A model generated the notes under the pieces. That model was not told the DNA's origin. It worked only from the letters and a program-made list of their open reading frames with translations, and made no database searches. 39,384 bases of DNA from Bacteroidales bacterium (GTDB lineage: Bacteria > Bacteroidota > Bacteroidia > Bacteroidales > UBA3663). How positions within the stretch are numbered: position 1 is the stretch's first letter; every line of letters starts with the position of its first letter. The DNA is taken from assembly GCA_045642245.1 (NCBI GenBank), contig JAZUIL010000233.1, positions 1 through 39,384 of the forward strand, given 5' to 3'. The position numbers were made by a program, and so were the translations under genes. Below, in pieces: positions 36,771-39,384 of the stretch.

Positions 36771-37202
36771 TTATTCAAACACCAAGCAATCTCTGTCGTG
36801 TAGAAGAAACACTCCATCCCAGAATTCAGCAGCATCAATGCACATCTCATAGCAATCATACATTTTTTTCTTAGCTTCTTCGGGACTATCCCCTTCTAAT
36901 ATCGATTTTAGACCAGAAATAGCAGCTAATTTGAATAGTTCATCATTAGTACCTACTGTAAAATTGTCCTTATAGCCAACAAATAAACGCACTCCGATTC
37001 GTTTAAGTTCTGGCCCAAGAGTCTTTCCACACAAACAAGAAACACTGTAAAAGACTTTTCCTTCTAACGCATAATTTGCAGTGCGATTACTTAAGATCTC
37101 TTCTTCTGCCTCATTGAGAATTGCATCATCAGTACCATGTGCCGCAATGAAGCAAACGGTGTTGTCTTCCATCGCTTCAATGACATTTTTATGATTTAAG
37201 TA
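36771..37202 (-). pseudogene. 5'-truncated gene, caspase/hemoglobinase-fold (peptidase C25-like) domain
   Basis: Frame is open up to the IS left end (YLNHKNVIEAMEDN...); FIAAHG and YSVSC suggest a His-Cys dyad. Confidence 0.5.
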
Positions 37203-37253
37203 TGTCTTGTACTGAAATAGGTTGACTCCATAATGAACTCAAAATGTTAAAAA

Positions 37254-37658
37254 ATGAGCAGAAGAGTCAACAAAAACGAGCGAGCCTTCAGGCGCTCAGT
37301 GGCCATTGAATATATGCAAAGTGGCCAGAATAGACAAGCAATTTGTCTGAAATACGGTTTGAAAAGTCAGCAAACACTATCAAATTGGGTTGTTAGTTAC
37401 CTGACCCCATACGAGATTGAGACAAAATGTGTATCTTTGCATCCGGAAGAACTATTCAATGGAGCAGATATGATACACCATTCAGAAGAAGGAGTCAAAT
37501 CTCAGACAGCCAAGATAGAGGCGCTGGAGAAACAGATCAAGGAACTTGAGGCGAAGCTCAAGAAAAGCCAGGACAGGAATCTTGCGCTGAATACCTTGAT
37601 CGACATAGCCGAGGAGCAAGGCATACGCATCAGAAAAAAATCTGGGGTCAAGCAGTAG
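37254..37658 (+). CDS. IS3 transposase OrfA (HTH plus coiled coil)
   Basis: ICLKYGL...LSNWV HTH, leucine-zipper-like segment, LIDIAEE...IRKKSG end. Confidence 0.85.
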   Translation: MSRRVNKNERAFRRSVAIEYMQSGQNRQAICLKYGLKSQQTLSNWVVSYLTPYEIETKCVSLHPEELFNGADMIHHSEEGVKSQTAKIEALEKQIKELEAKLKKSQDRNLALNTLIDIAEEQGIRIRKKSGVKQ

Positions 37659-38524
37659 AGCGCCTGTCCAGCACATTCGGTTATACCATCGAATATGCCT
37701 GCGAACTGTTTGACCACACCAAACAGGCGTACTACAAGAAAAGACGCGATGAAGCAGAGCAGGTGCGCCGCCTGATGCGCATCATAGATGCCGTCACGGA
37801 GATACGCAGGATGGATCCTGGCATCGGCTATTACAAGCTCTGGCTGATGCTGAAGAGGATGTTTGCCGAGGACTGGATTCCCGGGCGGGATGCCTTCCTG
37901 AATATCCTGCGCGACTTCCACATGCTTCAGCAAAGGCCTAAGCCTCGGCATACGACCAATTCCAACCATCGCTATCATATGTACAAGAATCTGATCAAGG
38001 GATTCATTCCTACGCAATCGAATCAGTTGTGGGTCAGCGACATAACATATATAGATCTGGTCGGAGGCTGCTGTTACCTACATCTTGTGACCGATGCCTA
38101 TTCCCACAAGATCGTCGGCTGGTGCCTGTCCGAGACGCTTGAGGCCATCCATACGCTCGATGCACTGCGAATGGCCATCTCGACAACTACGGCCGATGCA
38201 CTGAAGGGACTGATTCATCATTCCGACCGAGGCGTGCAGTACTGCTGCAATGCTTATACGGATGAGCTGAAGAAGTATCAGGTAAGCATAAGCATGACAG
38301 AGGATTACAAGCCTACGGACAATGCCATTGCAGAGCGGGTGAATGGTATTCTCAAGACAGAGGTCATCTATCGGGAACGCAGATTCAAGGACATCGACGA
38401 GGCAAAGTCCCGCATCTCGGGTTTCATCAGTTTCTATAACGAGAAGCGTCCGCACAGCAGCATTGGTTATAAGGTCCCTGATCAGGTGCATACCGAGACG
38501 GGACGACAGCGGCAATGCTGGTAA
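37640..38524 (+). CDS. IS3 transposase OrfB (DDE), probably reached by -1 frameshift
   Basis: WVSDITY, HHSDRGVQY, NAIAERVNGILKTE, YNEKRPH; the -1 frame is open from the A7 run at 37634-37640. Confidence 0.9.
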   Translation: MWGQAVERLSSTFGYTIEYACELFDHTKQAYYKKRRDEAEQVRRLMRIIDAVTEIRRMDPGIGYYKLWLMLKRMFAEDWIPGRDAFLNILRDFHMLQQRPKPRHTTNSNHRYHMYKNLIKGFIPTQSNQLWVSDITYIDLVGGCCYLHLVTDAYSHKIVGWCLSETLEAIHTLDALRMAISTTTADALKGLIHHSDRGVQYCCNAYTDELKKYQVSISMTEDYKPTDNAIAERVNGILKTEVIYRERRFKDIDEAKSRISGFISFYNEKRPHSSIGYKVPDQVHTETGRQRQCW

Positions 38525-38851
38525 AGGCTCTCGGGGGCTGTCTGCCCCCTGCCGCATGGCTTCCCCCGAGTGTTTTTCATAGTAAATACAATCGTCAACT
38601 GATTCAGTACGACGTCAACTGATTCGGTCGAAAAGTCAACTAAATCCGTACGATGTCAACTCCCTCAGGAAAAGCGTGAACTTTTTCAGGAAAGCGAGTC
38701 AACTTTTCCAGAAGCAATAGTTAACATTTCCAGTACTGATTTGTTAAAGTGTTAATTCCGAGTCAACCTTATTCAGGAAAAGTCAACATAACCACGTACA
38801 TCTTAAATAACATTTAATATTTAATAGTCCTTTAACCAGTTGAGGTTAATA

Positions 38852-38917
38852 GGCTCAATTAAATATTAACCTCTAACCCCTCCTTTAAGGGAGGGGTGGA
38901 GGATATTTAATTGAGTC
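38852..38917. repeat. Long hairpin containing a REP-family core
   Basis: GGCTCAATTAAATAT / ATATTTAATTGAGTC outer arms with inner CCCCTCC-N6-GGAGGGG. Confidence 0.65.
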
Positions 38918-38949
38918 TTCTTTTAACAGGTTATTATATAGGAAACACA

Positions 38950-38976
38950 AAGGGGTGTCCATTTTAGATACCCCTT
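38950..38976 (-). terminator. Probable terminator
   Basis: AAGGGGTGTC / GATACCCCTT stem downstream of the minus-strand ORF. Confidence 0.5.
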
Positions 38977-39107
38977 CGCTTGAAGATCATTAGCAGATAA
39001 AGTATACTCCAATGTCTAAGGTCTATTGTCTGAACATGGTATCAAAATCAACAGAGGCCGAGCTCAAAATTGAGCCGGGGTCAAATATTTTTTGTGCTAT
39101 TATCTAT

Positions 39108-39384
39108 TTATTCTAACGTAACCGAAGTAATAGTTATTAATCCTTGATGGCTTTCCCAATTTATTGTCAAAGCAGAAAGAGGTTGATTACTTTGGTTAAT
39201 TATCAAATTCTCTGTCAATTGAATTTCAATACTTAAATTACCCCCATTAACATGGGCCGAGTTTGATAATATTATATATCCTGCTGGATTAACAATATTT
39301 GTAATATTAAAATTATTACTTACCTCAAAATTGATTGTCAATTTTCTTTTTCCATCATTGTACAAATCTATAATTGTCTTTCCA
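39108..39384 (-). CDS. Hypothetical protein, 3' part (very AT-rich)
   Basis: Frame runs toward the window edge; no recognisable motif. Confidence 0.5.
   Translation of the reverse strand, partial: GKTIIDLYNDGKRKLTINFEVSNNFNITNIVNPAGYIILSNSAHVNGGNLSIEIQLTENLIINQSNQPLSALTINWESHQGLITITSVTLE

Larger units (their letters stand above)
37203..38785 (+). mobile_element. IS3-family insertion sequence (~1.58 kb)
   Basis: TG...CA ends; 26-bp terminal IRs with 21/26 identity (37203-37228 vs 38760-38785); orfA/orfB layout. No target duplication seen. Confidence 0.9.

Noticed and set aside
38786-38850. 5' half of the IS-interrupted gene
   Set aside because: The ATG-containing frame does not join in frame, the joining frame has no start before a stop, and there is no target duplication.

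Overview
Chromosomal window from a Bacteroidales bacterium, most likely Prevotella-like (TAnnTTTG promoters, SusC/SusD, hybrid two-component sensor). From left to right: a partial GyrI-like gene and a DinB gene; a fructan polysaccharide-utilisation locus on the minus strand (susC, susD, DUF4960-type SGBP, two GH32, MFS permease, fructokinase); a six-gene nucleobase salvage operon (xpt, NCS2 xanthine permease, uraA, upp, Tsx-like outer-membrane protein, AzgA-type permease) that separates the PUL from its BT1754-like fructose HTCS; a flavodoxin-like lipoprotein; an unannotated 36-aa sORF; and a ThiD-AraC fusion with degenerate kinase motifs. Next is a five-gene operon (circularly permuted ATP-grasp, alpha-E, transglutaminase, one intact and one apparently inactive M14 peptidase) divergent from an unannotated 25-aa peptide plus amtB, then an EamA transporter, a GH43-CBM6, and an AT-rich accessory end with an IS3-family element truncating a caspase-fold gene. 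The best novelty candidates are (i) the ATP-grasp/transglutaminase/M14 module with its adjacent small peptide and ammonium transporter, and (ii) three separate intergenic arrays of GTAC-centred palindromes on an exact 42-bp lattice. All functional calls come from motif recognition; no database searches were run.
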